Assembly: GCA_016716605.1 (NCBI GenBank)
Contig: JADJWA010000002.1
Coordinates: 88,031-152,030 of the forward strand
Source: Flavobacteriales bacterium
GTDB lineage: Bacteria; Bacteroidota; Bacteroidia; Flavobacteriales_F; PHOS-HE28
DNA length: 64,000 nucleotides
Direction: 5' to 3'
Positions 18,531 through 28,546 of this stretch are shown here, in pieces. The notes under the pieces were generated by a model. That model made no database searches, had not been told where the DNA came from, and was given only the letters and a program-made list of their open reading frames with translations. A program made the translations under genes and the position numbers. Positions within the stretch are counted from its first letter, which is position 1. Every line of letters starts with the position of its first letter.

Positions 18531-19073
18531 TTCGAGCGCGTGCGTCGCTTTGCCCGCCCGTGATGGCGCGTCCCTCGCATTGCATGAGCAAGGCGGTCCG
18601 TGGGCACAGGGCAGCCCATGCCGTGCGCGATCGCGATCTTGGCGGGTATGAAGTCCACGAGGCACGAGGCATGAGCAGGCCGACCGCGACGCACGGCGAC
18701 ATGCGCTGAAGAATGACATCTTCAGAAAAAGGCCATGAGCACCGGAGCCACCCCATCTGCCGCGGACAAGCCTGGCGTCCGCGACAGCGGTGAATGGCTT
18801 TAACTCAAGGGCCCCAAGAGGCATCCAGCGGCATCCCTCTCCGCTTCACCCGCAACAGACTGTCCCGTGCGGCATGCAAGGCCTCTTCTTCGGTGGCGCC
18901 TCGTCCCGGTCGGTTCTGGAAGGGTTCATGCCGGTTGGTTGAAGGTCGGGATCATCAGGCAGCTGGCACAGCCATCCCGAGCGTTTCACAAGGCACCTGA
19001 CCAGGGGGAGTTTACAAGCCCGCAGCCCGAACACGCAAAGACCCTAACCTTGAATGCGCTCAACACCGCCACG

Positions 19074-19685
19074 ATGAACAGGATAGGGCTCTACCAGAAC
19101 ATCTCCGTAAGCATCACCCTCGCCACCGTGCTCAGCGTGCTGGCCAAGCTGGCCATGCAGCATCACGAGAGTGGCCATACCTGGTTCGAAACCGGAGTGA
19201 GTGCATCGTCCCTCTATGTGATCCTGATGGGCGTGTTCATGATCTTCTTCCGGGGCAAGATGATGCACGACGATGATGAATTCTTTGCTTCCGTCGACCG
19301 TGGGGATTTCAAGGCTTCGGCGAAAGCAAAGCGCACCCTGAAGGCGGGCTTGATCCTGGGCTATATCTCCTGGCTCTGCTGGGCCCCCGCTATCTACTTC
19401 CTGGAGGACCCGTATGTCATGAGCTGGTGCATGCTCGCCGCCTTGGTGGCCAGCACAGCGTGGCTAATAACCGATATCCTGTCTCGGAAACCCGCCAAGG
19501 ACGACACACCTGAAGCCATGAAACGTTGGTGGTGGGTGGCGGTGAACCTGGGCTATGCCGCACCCTTGGTCTGCATGCTGCTCCACCTCGAATCAGCGCC
19601 TTACATGGCGGCAGTGCTCCTCGCACTGCTCATCCTCGATTGGCTCTTCCTCGATTCATTGCTGCCCGGCCCTGCGGCCGACTAG
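19074..19685 (+). CDS. Hypothetical integral membrane protein
   Basis: Trimmed to MNRIGLYQNISVSITLATVLSVLA... Four predicted TM helices. Confidence 0.55.
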   Translation: MNRIGLYQNISVSITLATVLSVLAKLAMQHHESGHTWFETGVSASSLYVILMGVFMIFFRGKMMHDDDEFFASVDRGDFKASAKAKRTLKAGLILGYISWLCWAPAIYFLEDPYVMSWCMLAALVASTAWLITDILSRKPAKDDTPEAMKRWWWVAVNLGYAAPLVCMLLHLESAPYMAAVLLALLILDWLFLDSLLPGPAAD

Positions 19686-19715
19686 CCTGGTGGGCAGGGC
19701 ACACTAGTGGCCTAG

Positions 19716-19755
19716 CCTCCCGCAGGCTCTCCCGACCTCGGGGACCCTGCGCTGC
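19716..19755. repeat. REP-like palindromic element (CCGCAGG...GGGACCCTGCG family)
   Basis: CCTCCCGCAGGCTCTCCCGACCTCGGGGACCCTGCGCTGC. Confidence 0.6.
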
Positions 19756-20058
19756 ATCCTTCTCGCGGCAAGCATGCGCAGCTGGGCCAGTTCGGCTTCC
19801 AGCTTGCTGATCCGTTCGCCGCGCTCGAGTTTCTCGCGTTGGTGCGCTTCACATGAACACGAGCAGCGCACGAGCGTGGACGCTCGCTCGCAATGGGGCG
19901 GGTTCGGGGGCATCCGCATGGATGCACGGTCCGCACGCTACCCTTGATCGCCCACTGTCGACCGTTCCTCAACGCGCGAAGGTGAACGGTTGGATGTGTG
20001 ACGGCAGCGCGCACAAGAGCACCGGTCGTGCGCATAGGTTCGCAACAAAAACAGCAAC

Positions 20059-20919
20059 ATGCGCAAGCTGCCCATCGCACTCCTCCTTTTGTCGCTGACC
20101 ACGAACGCGCAGAATGTGATCCACCCGTTGTGGGGATCGATCTTCGCAGATGGTCAATTCAGTGCCGGTGAATGGGACCAGGCCCCAACGGTGGACGTGC
20201 CAGCAGGCGGCGGCGACCTGAGCCAGGTCGCCTTCGCAGTGGATGGATGGGGCTTGTTCCTTGGTTTCATGGGCCATCTGGAGAGCAACCAGCTGTTCCC
20301 GGAAGTGCTGTTGGACATCGATCACGATCGCACACCGGCTTGGAGCGGCGATGATCGCTGGTACCATGTCTCAGCGACCAGTTGCCACCACCAAGGAGCC
20401 TATGGGGTGTACGACGATTGTTCGCCCCTGCCGAACAACTGGTCGGCCCATCCGAACATCAGCCCAGGTCCGCCCATGACCGATATGGTGGAGATCGCCA
20501 TTCCCTGGTGGTACCTCCTGGGGATAACCCCGCAGCCCGGCGATACCATCGGCATCGCGGTGGTGCTCACCAACACGGCCACCAGTTGGAACATGTGGCC
20601 GGCCGGTGCGTCGCGGCTGGCTCCCTCTTCCTGGGGTCACCTTGTCTTCCCCGGTGCGTCCGCTATCGCGGAAGGTCCTTCCCTCCGCGATGTGACCGTC
20701 TGGCCCAACCCGGTGGTTGATCGGCTCGCCATCGAAACGCGAGCGCAAGGACCGATGGACATCACCCTGTTCGATGCGCAAGGCCGCACGGTGCATCACC
20801 AGAGGTCGGTCGGCACGGGCTCGCCGCGGATCCGCATGGACCATGTGCAAGCGGGCACCTACCTCCTGCGCCTGCAGAACGGTGCCGACACCTGCGTGAA
20901 ACTGGTGCAGAAGCTCTAA
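20059..20919 (+). CDS. Secreted protein with T9SS C-terminal sorting domain
   Basis: Signal peptide MRKLPIALLLLSLTTNAQ. C-terminus VTVWPNPVVDRLAIE...GTYLLRLQNGADTCVKLVQKL. Confidence 0.75.
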   Translation: MRKLPIALLLLSLTTNAQNVIHPLWGSIFADGQFSAGEWDQAPTVDVPAGGGDLSQVAFAVDGWGLFLGFMGHLESNQLFPEVLLDIDHDRTPAWSGDDRWYHVSATSCHHQGAYGVYDDCSPLPNNWSAHPNISPGPPMTDMVEIAIPWWYLLGITPQPGDTIGIAVVLTNTATSWNMWPAGASRLAPSSWGHLVFPGASAIAEGPSLRDVTVWPNPVVDRLAIETRAQGPMDITLFDAQGRTVHHQRSVGTGSPRIRMDHVQAGTYLLRLQNGADTCVKLVQKL

Positions 20920-21091
20920 CACCGGGCCTCCGCATCACAGCCGAACCATCCCCCGCACTGGCGCGGGAGTCTCGGCCCGCGCAGATTCTCCCGTCTTCTG
21001 GGCCTTGCGTGCCATGGCCCCGGATTGCCAGCGCGCTCCGGGCAGGGTACGCAAGGCCCGGTGCCTTGCTTAGGTTTGAACACAGCGAGGC

Positions 21092-22105
21092 ATGGCATAC
21101 GGTAGGATCACGGCAACGGTCTTGTTCGCGGGCTTGCTTGCGCCCAACGCGCAAGCGCAAGACCACGGCAGCACCATTTACGCGCGCGTGAGCGGCGCGG
21201 TGGCCTGGGTGGAGAGCATAAGCACGGATAGCCTGCACCGGTACCGGGGCAGCGGTGTGGTGCTGAAGGACCAGGGCCTGCTGGTGACCAATTTCCATGT
21301 GTACAAGAGCGGTGGCACGCTTACCGCGCGGCTTGGCAACACGCCGCTGCACTTGGGCAACATCCTTTGTGCGGACAAGGCGCGCGATGTGCTGGTGGTG
21401 AATGTGCTGGGCACCACGCCGAAGGCGGCATGGGATGCGGTGCCCGCACTGCCCATCGTATACAGCCATGCGCTGCGCCCGGGCATGGACGCCTATGCGT
21501 TGGGCAATCCGCGCGGTGTGGAACTCACCATCAGCTACGGTCTGGTGAGCGGCCTGCGACCGAACAGGCAGGACACCGCGCAGAAGCTCATCCAGTTCAG
21601 CGCACCGGTGAGCGAAGGCAACAGTGGTGGCGCGCTGGTGGATGCGCGCGGCGCGCTCATCGGCATACCCACGGTGTGGTTCAGCGATGGTGGCGGGCAG
21701 GCCCTCAATTTCGCCATACCCATGGAGCGCGTGGAGGATGCAACCGTGGAAGCACGCAACGACCTGCCCGCGCCCGATGCCCGCTGGCTGCGCACCTGGC
21801 GGCGCTGGCGCATGGGCGAGTGCGCCACCGTGCTGGATACGCTGGGCCTGATCGCGGCGGAGAACGGCCCCAACAGCATCACCGCCTTTTACCTGATGGC
21901 GCGTTGCATCCAGCGCAGCGGCGACCTGAAGACCGCGCGCACCGCTTACGAGAGCCTACTGGCCAGCGACCCCACGCATGCTTACGCCACCTGGCGCTTG
22001 GGCGAAGTGCTCCACGCAGCAGGTGACAAGCTGGCCGGCATGGAACAGCACGTGCGCGCCGTGCGGCTGGATGACAACCTGCGCGAGGGACCACCGCCCT
22101 ATTAG
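21092..22105 (+). CDS. Trypsin-like serine protease (S1C/HtrA-like) with C-terminal TPR-like region
   Basis: Signal peptide. Catalytic Ser motif GNSGGALVD. His/Asp region TNFHV / DVLVV. TPR-like helical tail. Confidence 0.85.
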   Translation: MAYGRITATVLFAGLLAPNAQAQDHGSTIYARVSGAVAWVESISTDSLHRYRGSGVVLKDQGLLVTNFHVYKSGGTLTARLGNTPLHLGNILCADKARDVLVVNVLGTTPKAAWDAVPALPIVYSHALRPGMDAYALGNPRGVELTISYGLVSGLRPNRQDTAQKLIQFSAPVSEGNSGGALVDARGALIGIPTVWFSDGGGQALNFAIPMERVEDATVEARNDLPAPDARWLRTWRRWRMGECATVLDTLGLIAAENGPNSITAFYLMARCIQRSGDLKTARTAYESLLASDPTHAYATWRLGEVLHAAGDKLAGMEQHVRAVRLDDNLREGPPPY

Positions 22106-22131
22106 AGGGCATCTCAAAATACTAGGCCGCA

Positions 22132-22265
22132 GCAGGGTCTTCGACAACCTGCGCTTGCACCCAGTGACAACTATCCTGGTGCATGGTACCCAGCGCCCCC
22201 CACCGCCTCTACCTTCAACACCTACCGCCTGCCAAAGGCAGAATGCTTCGCGGATACGAAGCAGG
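22132..22265 (+). repeat. About 140-nt intergenic repeat family B, copy 1
   Basis: Begins CAGGGTCTTCG. Contains the core CTACCTTCAACACCTACCGCCTGCCAAAGGCAG(A/G)(A/C)TGCTTCGCGGATA with hairpin CCTGCC-aaag-GGCAGG. Confidence 0.7.
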
Positions 22266-22332
22266 GCCTAATGCTGCACGATACCCAACTCATGGCAAAA
22301 GGCCACGGAGCCACACGCAGCCGCGAGGCGGA

Positions 22333-23139
22333 TCAATGCTGAAGCACCAGCAAGGGCACACTGGCATGCATCGCCAGGTGCTTTGCCACGCTACCGTGGA
22401 AGAGAGACTCCAGGAAACCCACGTGCCGATGGAGCACCGCTACCAGGTCCATATTCTCTCGTTCGGCCACCTCGCTCAAGGCCAGTGCTACATCATTCCC
22501 TTCCACGGAGGTGAACATGTGTGCGACCCCTGCAAAGGTCTCTTCGTAGTCTGCCATTACCCGTGCATCCGGTACATCGGTCTCCTTGCGCACAACATGC
22601 GCAATGGTGATGCTCGCGGTTGAACGGCGTGCCAGTTGCACCAGCGGGCGCAGAGCGAACGGCTCCACGCGCACATGGTCGTCGGCCAGCAGGACATGCC
22701 GCAAGCCCTTGTAGCTGGCCTCTTTGGGTACGATGAGCACCGGAACGAGACTGGTTCTTGCCACGGCGCTAGCACTACTACCGAACACTGCGCTCCCCGC
22801 AGCCCCTTGCGTGCCCATAACGATCATGTCCACGCCGCTCTCCTCACACACAGACCGGAGACTTGAGGTGAGCACCCCATAGATGGCCTGCGTGTTCACG
22901 ACTACATGGGTTCCCCCCTTCGATTTCCGCAAGCGCTCGGTGAAGTGTGCCAGGCCCTCCACAGCAGCGGCATACTGCGCACTGCTCATATCTACCATCG
23001 CCGCATAGCCTGGTAAAGGGTCCAGATAGGTATGCACCAAGGTGTAAGCAGTGCTGTCGCTGCCGAACAGCTCGAATGCATACGCACATGCATTCAATGA
23101 TCCTTCGCTGAAGTCGGTAGGAAGCAGGATATGCATCAT
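22333..23139 (-). CDS. Universal stress protein (tandem UspA domains)
   Basis: Two repeats of the Usp fold (MMHILLPTDFSEGS...; HVLLADDHV...VAKHLAMHASVPLLVL). Confidence 0.9.
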   Translation of the reverse strand: MMHILLPTDFSEGSLNACAYAFELFGSDSTAYTLVHTYLDPLPGYAAMVDMSSAQYAAAVEGLAHFTERLRKSKGGTHVVVNTQAIYGVLTSSLRSVCEESGVDMIVMGTQGAAGSAVFGSSASAVARTSLVPVLIVPKEASYKGLRHVLLADDHVRVEPFALRPLVQLARRSTASITIAHVVRKETDVPDARVMADYEETFAGVAHMFTSVEGNDVALALSEVAERENMDLVAVLHRHVGFLESLFHGSVAKHLAMHASVPLLVLQH

Positions 23140-23163
23140 GGCAGTGTGCTGTTCGTTACGGAG

Positions 23164-23799
23164 CTACTTGGTCGGGTGGCCTTGGTCGATGACCGATGTC
23201 AACGTGCGCCGATCACCCAGGTTAAGTCGTACATCCGCGATGCCCTTGACCAGTGCGGCGATCCACTTCGCGCGCTTGGCAGGATCGGCATACCTCATCC
23301 TATCCAAGCGCGTCACCTTCACGGGGCTTATCCCGCAGAAGTCGAGAACGGCACGCTTCACGGTGTTGAGGTCGCTGTTGCGGTACTGCCACCAGGCCCA
23401 GATCGCAGGGGCATCGCATGTGGTGATGATGTGGGCCGAGCGGCCTTTGAGCAGCTTGTCCCAGAAGGGGTCGTTGGTGTGGTAGTGGTAGGCAAAGCCC
23501 TCGTACAAGGTGCGGTCCAGAAAGCCCTTGAACAGTGCGGGCACGGAACCCCACCACATGGGATAAACGATGACCCAGTGCTGGCACCACAGGATGCTCT
23601 GTTGCGCTTGCACCAGGTCCGGCTCCAATTCCTGGATCACCTTGTGTCCCTTCCAAAGAATGGGGTCGAAGTGCATGTCGCCCAGCCGTTGGATCCGTAC
23701 TTCGTGTCCCTTGGCGCGGGCACCTTCGAAATAGGCATCGGCCAAGTGGCCATTGAAGCTGTCCTTGTCAGGATGGGCGAGCAGGACGTAGATGCGCAT
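23164..23799 (-). CDS. NAD(P)H-dependent quinone oxidoreductase, flavodoxin-like fold
   Basis: MRIYVLLAHPDKDSFNGHLADAYFEGA is typical of NQO/MdaB-like FMN reductases. Confidence 0.85.
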   Translation of the reverse strand: MRIYVLLAHPDKDSFNGHLADAYFEGARAKGHEVRIQRLGDMHFDPILWKGHKVIQELEPDLVQAQQSILWCQHWVIVYPMWWGSVPALFKGFLDRTLYEGFAYHYHTNDPFWDKLLKGRSAHIITTCDAPAIWAWWQYRNSDLNTVKRAVLDFCGISPVKVTRLDRMRYADPAKRAKWIAALVKGIADVRLNLGDRRTLTSVIDQGHPTK

Positions 23800-23870
23800 G
23801 CGCGAAGTTCCTGTCAGGTGGCGCTGTGGCGCATGAGGTGCGTCAGTTGAGCGCGTGTTGCGGTTGTTCC

Positions 23871-24887
23871 TTACACCAGTGCCTCTTCCAGAGCGGTTGG
23901 CTCAGCTGCCACGCGTTCAGGCAACCACGCATCGAACCAACGTGCGATGAGCGTCGTGAACGGAAGGAAGAGCAATACCCCGAGCATGTTGAAGAGCATG
24001 TGCGCATTGGCGATGCTGCGGGCCACATCGGCGTTGCCGCTGATCCACACCACCAGCGCGGTGAAGGGATGCACCAGCAGGATGCCGATCATGATGCTGA
24101 CGAGGTTGAAACCAAGGTGGAAGAGGCCCACCTTGATCGCTTGGCGGCGACAGCGTACGGTGGCCAGGAGCGTATCCGAGCAGGTACCCAGTTCGGCGCC
24201 GAGCATTACGGCGATACCGGCCGGAAGGGAGAGGATACCCTTCGTTGCCAGCGTGATCGCCATGGCCACGGTGGCACTTGAGCTCTGAATGACCAGGGTG
24301 ATGAGCCCACCAACCGCGGCGCCCTTGAGCGGATGTTCCAGACCATGCAGCCATGCGATGAACCGTGGATGTTCCTTCAACGGTTCCACCGCGTAGCCCA
24401 TGAGGAATAGGCCGGTGAAGAGAAGGCCGAAGGCGAAGATGGCCGCACCGATCCGTTTCCAGTTCGCTCCCCTTCCGAAGTGCTCAAGCACCAGGCCCAG
24501 GAGCAATGGTACCGCGCTCCACTCCCCGATATCGAATGCGATGATCTGGCTGCTGAGCGTGGTACCGATGTTCGCACCCATCACCACACCGAGCGCATTG
24601 CGGAAAGTCATCATGCCGCTGTTCACCAGCACGATGGTGAGGATGATCACCGCCGAGGAACTGTCCAGCAACATGGTGACCACGGTTCCAACGAGCAATG
24701 CACTGAGCACGTGCGTGGTGTAGCGCTTCAGCCAGGCATGGAGTACGCCACCGGCCATGCTTTCCAATGTCCCGCTGAGGCGGTCCACGGCGTGCAGGAA
24801 AACCGCCAGGCCAGTGAGCACCAGCAACACGATGCGCAGCAAATGCACCTCACCGCCGACTTCCATGCACCAAAGCACAGCGCCCAA
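23871..24887 (-). CDS. Na+/phosphate cotransporter family (NptA-like) membrane protein
   Basis: Repeated Na/Pi-cotransporter signatures (LLDSSSAVIILTIVL; LVIQSSSATVAMAITL). Multi-TM. Confidence 0.85.
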   Translation of the reverse strand: MGAVLWCMEVGGEVHLLRIVLLVLTGLAVFLHAVDRLSGTLESMAGGVLHAWLKRYTTHVLSALLVGTVVTMLLDSSSAVIILTIVLVNSGMMTFRNALGVVMGANIGTTLSSQIIAFDIGEWSAVPLLLGLVLEHFGRGANWKRIGAAIFAFGLLFTGLFLMGYAVEPLKEHPRFIAWLHGLEHPLKGAAVGGLITLVIQSSSATVAMAITLATKGILSLPAGIAVMLGAELGTCSDTLLATVRCRRQAIKVGLFHLGFNLVSIMIGILLVHPFTALVVWISGNADVARSIANAHMLFNMLGVLLFLPFTTLIARWFDAWLPERVAAEPTALEEALV

Positions 24888-24945
24888 GGTTCGCTGTGCG
24901 TTAAATGCCCCATGATAATTGTCAACGTTGGAAGCGCGGCGATTT

Positions 24946-25093
24946 GAACACGCGCAGGGTCTTCCGCTAGCGCTCCGCAGGGTGCCTTGCCATTTCTAGT
25001 TTTGAGCAGCCCCGCGACCCCACCATCGCCCCGTCCTTCAACACCTACCGCCTGCCAACCGCACGCTGCTTCGCGGATAAGAGCAGGTGATAG
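24946..25093 (+). repeat. Repeat family B, copy 2 (left flank of 2-TM gene)
   Basis: GAACACGCGCAGGGTCTTCCGC...CCTTCAACACCTACCGCCTGCCAA...GCTGCTTCGCGGATAAGAGCAGGTGATAG. Confidence 0.7.
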
Positions 25094-25191
25094 ACCCCAA
25101 CTGCGCGCAGGCCCGCCGGTGGTGGTATCCAACAACGTGCCCTCGACAGGGCCTTCGTGCCGCGCCGGCGTGTTGGTGAAGGCGGCAGCGG

Positions 25192-25719
25192 CTACTGCGG
25201 GATCATCAGGTTCCACACCAACAGGACGAACCAGAGGCCCAAGGCCAGAATGAGGAGTTGGCCGGCTTGCCGCATATAGCGGTGCTTGGCATGGGCGATG
25301 CGGGCGCTGATGTGCACCTGATGCAGCAGCCCGGGCAAGGGGTCCTCGTTCTCGGAGGCCAGGAAACGCTCCTGGAATTCCGCCTGGCCCATGGAAGCGA
25401 TGTCGCCGAAGAACGTAATGCCCGGCTGGCCGGTGCGCTTGGTGCGGGGCAGCAGGGCCACCATGGCCAAGAGGATGGAGCAGACCGTGGCCAGCAGCAT
25501 GAGGATGGTGCCGGTAACGGCCAGCTCGCCCCAAGGTGAGGGCAAGGCGCGCAGGCGCACCTGGCTGGTGAAGGTGAGCGCCGCGGCCAGCAGCGTGTTG
25601 GCACCGAAGAGGGCCCGGATCTTCTCATCGGCCGCACGGATATGCAGGCCGATGCGTTCCAGGGTCCGTTCCGCCTGGCGTACCTCTTCAGACCGGCCAG
25701 TAGGGGCGCTTGTGATCAT
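25192..25719 (-). CDS. Small 2-TM hypothetical protein (SLATT/effector-like), flanked by direct copies of a 140-nt repeat
   Basis: Trimmed to MITSAPTGRSEEV... A soluble N-terminal helix, two TM helices (TLLAAALTFTSQVRL; LAVTGTILMLLATVCSILLAMVALL) and a C-terminal TM. Confidence 0.55.
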   Translation of the reverse strand: MITSAPTGRSEEVRQAERTLERIGLHIRAADEKIRALFGANTLLAAALTFTSQVRLRALPSPWGELAVTGTILMLLATVCSILLAMVALLPRTKRTGQPGITFFGDIASMGQAEFQERFLASENEDPLPGLLHQVHISARIAHAKHRYMRQAGQLLILALGLWFVLLVWNLMIPQ

Positions 25720-25820
25720 CGCGCAAGTGTAGCGGGGCGCTTCGCTGGCCAGGTTTCTGGTATGTGTCCACCGATCTAACAGTACAATACGGCGTGCTGC
25801 GGCACCGGCTGCGTTGCCTT

Positions 25821-25952
25821 CAAACACGCGCAGGGTCTCCCGCATCCCGTGGCCTTGCGAGGGACGGTGGCCCTGGCTCAATCATGGCCTCTACCTTCAA
25901 CACCTACCGCCCGCCAAAGGCAGGCTGCTTCGCGGATAGGAGAAGGTGATGG
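25821..25952 (+). repeat. Repeat family B, copy 3 (right flank of 2-TM gene)
   Basis: CAAACACGCGCAGGGTCTCCCGC...CTACCTTCAACACCTACCGCCCGCCAAAGGCAGGCTGCTTCGCGGATAGGAGAAGGTGATGG. Same orientation as copy 2. Confidence 0.7.
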
Positions 25953-25963
25953 TCCTGGCTGAG

Positions 25964-26000
25964 TCGCAGGGTCTTGAAGCCGAAGCCCCTGCGGAGGTCT
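25964..26000. repeat. REP-like palindromic element adjoining repeat B copy 3
   Basis: GTCGCAGGGTCTTGAAGCCGAAGCCCCTGCGGAGGTC. Confidence 0.5.
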
Positions 26001-26164
26001 AAAGGAGAGCTGGCCCAAGGTGCGCGACTGGAAGACCTTCAACGCGTGGTTCAGCTACCACGTGGGCAGCATGGCGTGGGACTTGATGCCGGAGCTGCCA
26101 CTGGAGCATGACGATGACTGAAGGCCAAGCTGAAGGTGATCGTGAAGCTACCCTGCGCCTTCGG

Positions 26165-26725
26165 CTACGAACGTTGATGCCGGTAATACGCCAGGAAGCC
26201 CAGTCCGATCCCGGCTAGTGCGAGCGCATAGCCCAGTGCGACCGAAACGAAGGAGGCCCGGGCGCTGATGCAGAACAGCACCAGGCCGCCGCACCAGAGC
26301 AGCAGGTGCGGCGTGCGGACCGGATGCGCGGCCGGGAAGGGCCTGCCCAGAAGCGGTGCGAAGCGCGCGCGGTCCAGGTACAGCAGGGCGAGGTTCATCA
26401 GGAAGAAGAAGCCCAGGACATAGGGTGTGCCGCGCCAGTGAAGGCTGATGGTGACGGCAATCATGTTCACGAGCATGGGCACCAGCATTACGGCGCCGAG
26501 GGTGCGCAGCAGGAGCGTGAAGAGCAGGAAACCGATCACCGCCTCGCTGTACGCAATGAACACCGCATAGGTCCCGAGGCCGTACTCGGCAAGTTCCTCC
26601 TCCAGCCATACCGGACCCATCACGCCCGGAAAAGCGTGCTGCGCGAACACTTTGCTCATGCCGCCCCCGATGAAGAGAACGCCGAGCCCAAGGCTCAAGG
26701 CATGGCCAAGGCGACGCTGCCACAT
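26165..26725 (-). CDS. DoxX-like multi-TM membrane protein
   Basis: 186 aa and hydrophobic throughout. The real start is possibly the internal MSKVFAQ. Confidence 0.6.
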   Translation of the reverse strand: MWQRRLGHALSLGLGVLFIGGGMSKVFAQHAFPGVMGPVWLEEELAEYGLGTYAVFIAYSEAVIGFLLFTLLLRTLGAVMLVPMLVNMIAVTISLHWRGTPYVLGFFFLMNLALLYLDRARFAPLLGRPFPAAHPVRTPHLLLWCGGLVLFCISARASFVSVALGYALALAGIGLGFLAYYRHQRS

Positions 26726-26770
26726 GCCACAAGATCGGCTTTTGTGCGGTAATGCCTTCGCAGGCCGTCA

Positions 26771-26866
26771 CGCAGTGGACCCTGAACCTCCGGGGGTCTC
26801 CCGCAGGGGACCCTGCGCGCCCACCGAACCGCAGGGTCCCCTCCTTCGTCGGGAGACCCTGCGGAG
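26771..26866. repeat. REP-like palindromic elements, tandem pair
   Basis: GGGGGTCTCCCGCAGGGGACCCTGCGCGC followed by CCGCAGGGTCCCCTCCTTCGTCGGGAGACCCTGCGGAGG. Inverted repeats form long hairpins. Confidence 0.65.
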
Positions 26867-27135
26867 GTAAGAGGTCACGGCGGGAGGAACCGTGAACAGC
26901 GAACTAGGCCTGGACCACTGCTACAGCCACCCGGACATTGATTGAAAGACCATTGCATTGGCGTTGGTGGTGGCCGAGTGAAGTGGTGGATGAGTCCTTT
27001 GGCGCAAGTCGTTGTCTTCGCAAACAACCTGTCAGATTGAGTCCAGGTGAGATCCAGGTTAACCTTCATCACTTCGACGCGTCGGCAGTTGATGTTCCGG
27101 GCCAACACGCCTAGCTTCGATGCGAACCCCATCCT

Positions 27136-28134
27136 ATGCACATGGAACGGATCACCACACTGGCGCTCTTCGTCGCCGCGATCGCCGCAACGGACCTCAA
27201 CGCGCAAACCAGCGGTAAGATGGATTTCACCCCCGGCGACCGGGTGATCTTCTTCGACAGCCTGAAGAACGAGCAGGTCGGTGAATTCCCCTCCAAGTGG
27301 GACCTGGTGAAGGGCTCGATGGAAGTGACCGAGTTCGAAGGCGCACCGGCCATCGCATGGGCGAGCAACCAGGCGGCGATCAAGCCTTTGATGAAGAGCG
27401 CGAGCTATCTGCCCGAATGGTTCACGCTGGAGTTCGAAGCCTACTTCCACTACAAGGGCAACGAAGGTTATTACCTGAAGCTGCAAGGGACACCGGCCAT
27501 TGAGATCCGGGTGAACATCGATTACATCCAATACAAGGGAGAGAACAGCAGCCGCTCTCAGAAGACCGGACACACGCCCGGCTGGCGTGAAGTGGCGCTC
27601 TCCTTCAACAAGCGCGCGCTCAAGATCTACCTGAACGGCGAGCGGCTGGTGAACGTGCCCAACGTGACCGAGCAGCCCAAGTGGATGGAGATAAACGCGC
27701 TGAACCACAGCGGGCCGCAGGGCTTCCCCGCCATGATCCGCAACGTGCGCCTGGCCGAAGGCGGCATGCCGCTTTACGACCGCTTGATCACCGATGGGCG
27801 CTTCGCCACGTATGGGATCACCTTCGACGTGAACAAGACGGAGATCAAGCCCGCAAGCCAACCGGTGCTCGATGAGATCGCCGCCATGCTGAAGGCACAT
27901 CCCGAGCTGCGCGTTTCCGTTGAAGGGCACACTGATGGCGATGGCGCCGACGATGCCAACATGAAGCTCTCGCAGGGCCGGGCCGCTGCGGTGAAGGCGG
28001 AGCTGGTGAAGGCCGGTGTCGCCGCCGATCGCCTCGAAGCAAGGGGCTGGGGTGAAACGAAACCCGTGGCCGGCAACGACACCCCCGAGGACAAGGCGCG
28101 CAACCGGCGCGTTGAAGTGGTGCAGTTGAAGTGA
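27136..28134 (+). CDS. OmpA-family protein
   Basis: Signal peptide. C-terminal OmpA domain (GITFDVNKTEIKP...VEGHTDGDGADDANMKLSQGRAAAVKAELV...NRRVEV). Confidence 0.85.
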   Translation: MHMERITTLALFVAAIAATDLNAQTSGKMDFTPGDRVIFFDSLKNEQVGEFPSKWDLVKGSMEVTEFEGAPAIAWASNQAAIKPLMKSASYLPEWFTLEFEAYFHYKGNEGYYLKLQGTPAIEIRVNIDYIQYKGENSSRSQKTGHTPGWREVALSFNKRALKIYLNGERLVNVPNVTEQPKWMEINALNHSGPQGFPAMIRNVRLAEGGMPLYDRLITDGRFATYGITFDVNKTEIKPASQPVLDEIAAMLKAHPELRVSVEGHTDGDGADDANMKLSQGRAAAVKAELVKAGVAADRLEARGWGETKPVAGNDTPEDKARNRRVEVVQLK

Positions 28135-28260
28135 GAACTTCGTCGTGGCTGGCGCTCCGCTACCGCTCCTTCACCCACCGCGCCGCCCGAGGGAATACCC
28201 CATCGCCATCAAGGACAACGGTGTAAAGGCCAGGCACCAAGCCAGCGACGTCGATTACTG

Positions 28261-28298
28261 CCTCCGCAGGCCCTCACGCAGTGGACCCTGCGGTCCCA
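28261..28298. repeat. REP-like palindromic element
   Basis: CCTCCGCAGGCCCTCACGCAGTGGACCCTGCGGTCCCAGG. Confidence 0.55.
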
Positions 28299-28546
28299 GG
28301 CCAACCGCCACCCTGCTGCCGCGAGTTTGCAACTCGTGGCTACACGCAATTGGAATATTCGAACCGCAGCAGCGCCTCCCGTCCACGGAATCCTATGCCG
28401 CGCTGTGTGCCAGCCGCAACTGCATGCGGCCGAAGGTGCAAGCACGCGCGTCGACGGACCTGATCCATGAAGCTGGACCGCCCGCCCGGCCTTCCTCGCC
28501 TTCTCGGTACTTTTCCGCACCTTCGGTCATCCCACCCTACCCTGCC

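Noticed and set aside
24925-24960. GTTCAAATC-like motif on the minus strand, considered as a possible tRNA T-arm
   Set aside because: The flanking bases cannot form a 5-bp T-stem or an acceptor stem, and there is no CCA or D-arm context. It is part of repeat family B.
25206-25637. Alternative 143-aa ORF in another frame over the 2-TM gene
   Set aside because: It is Pro/Ala/Ser/Cys-rich low-complexity sequence. The other frame gives clean TM helices.
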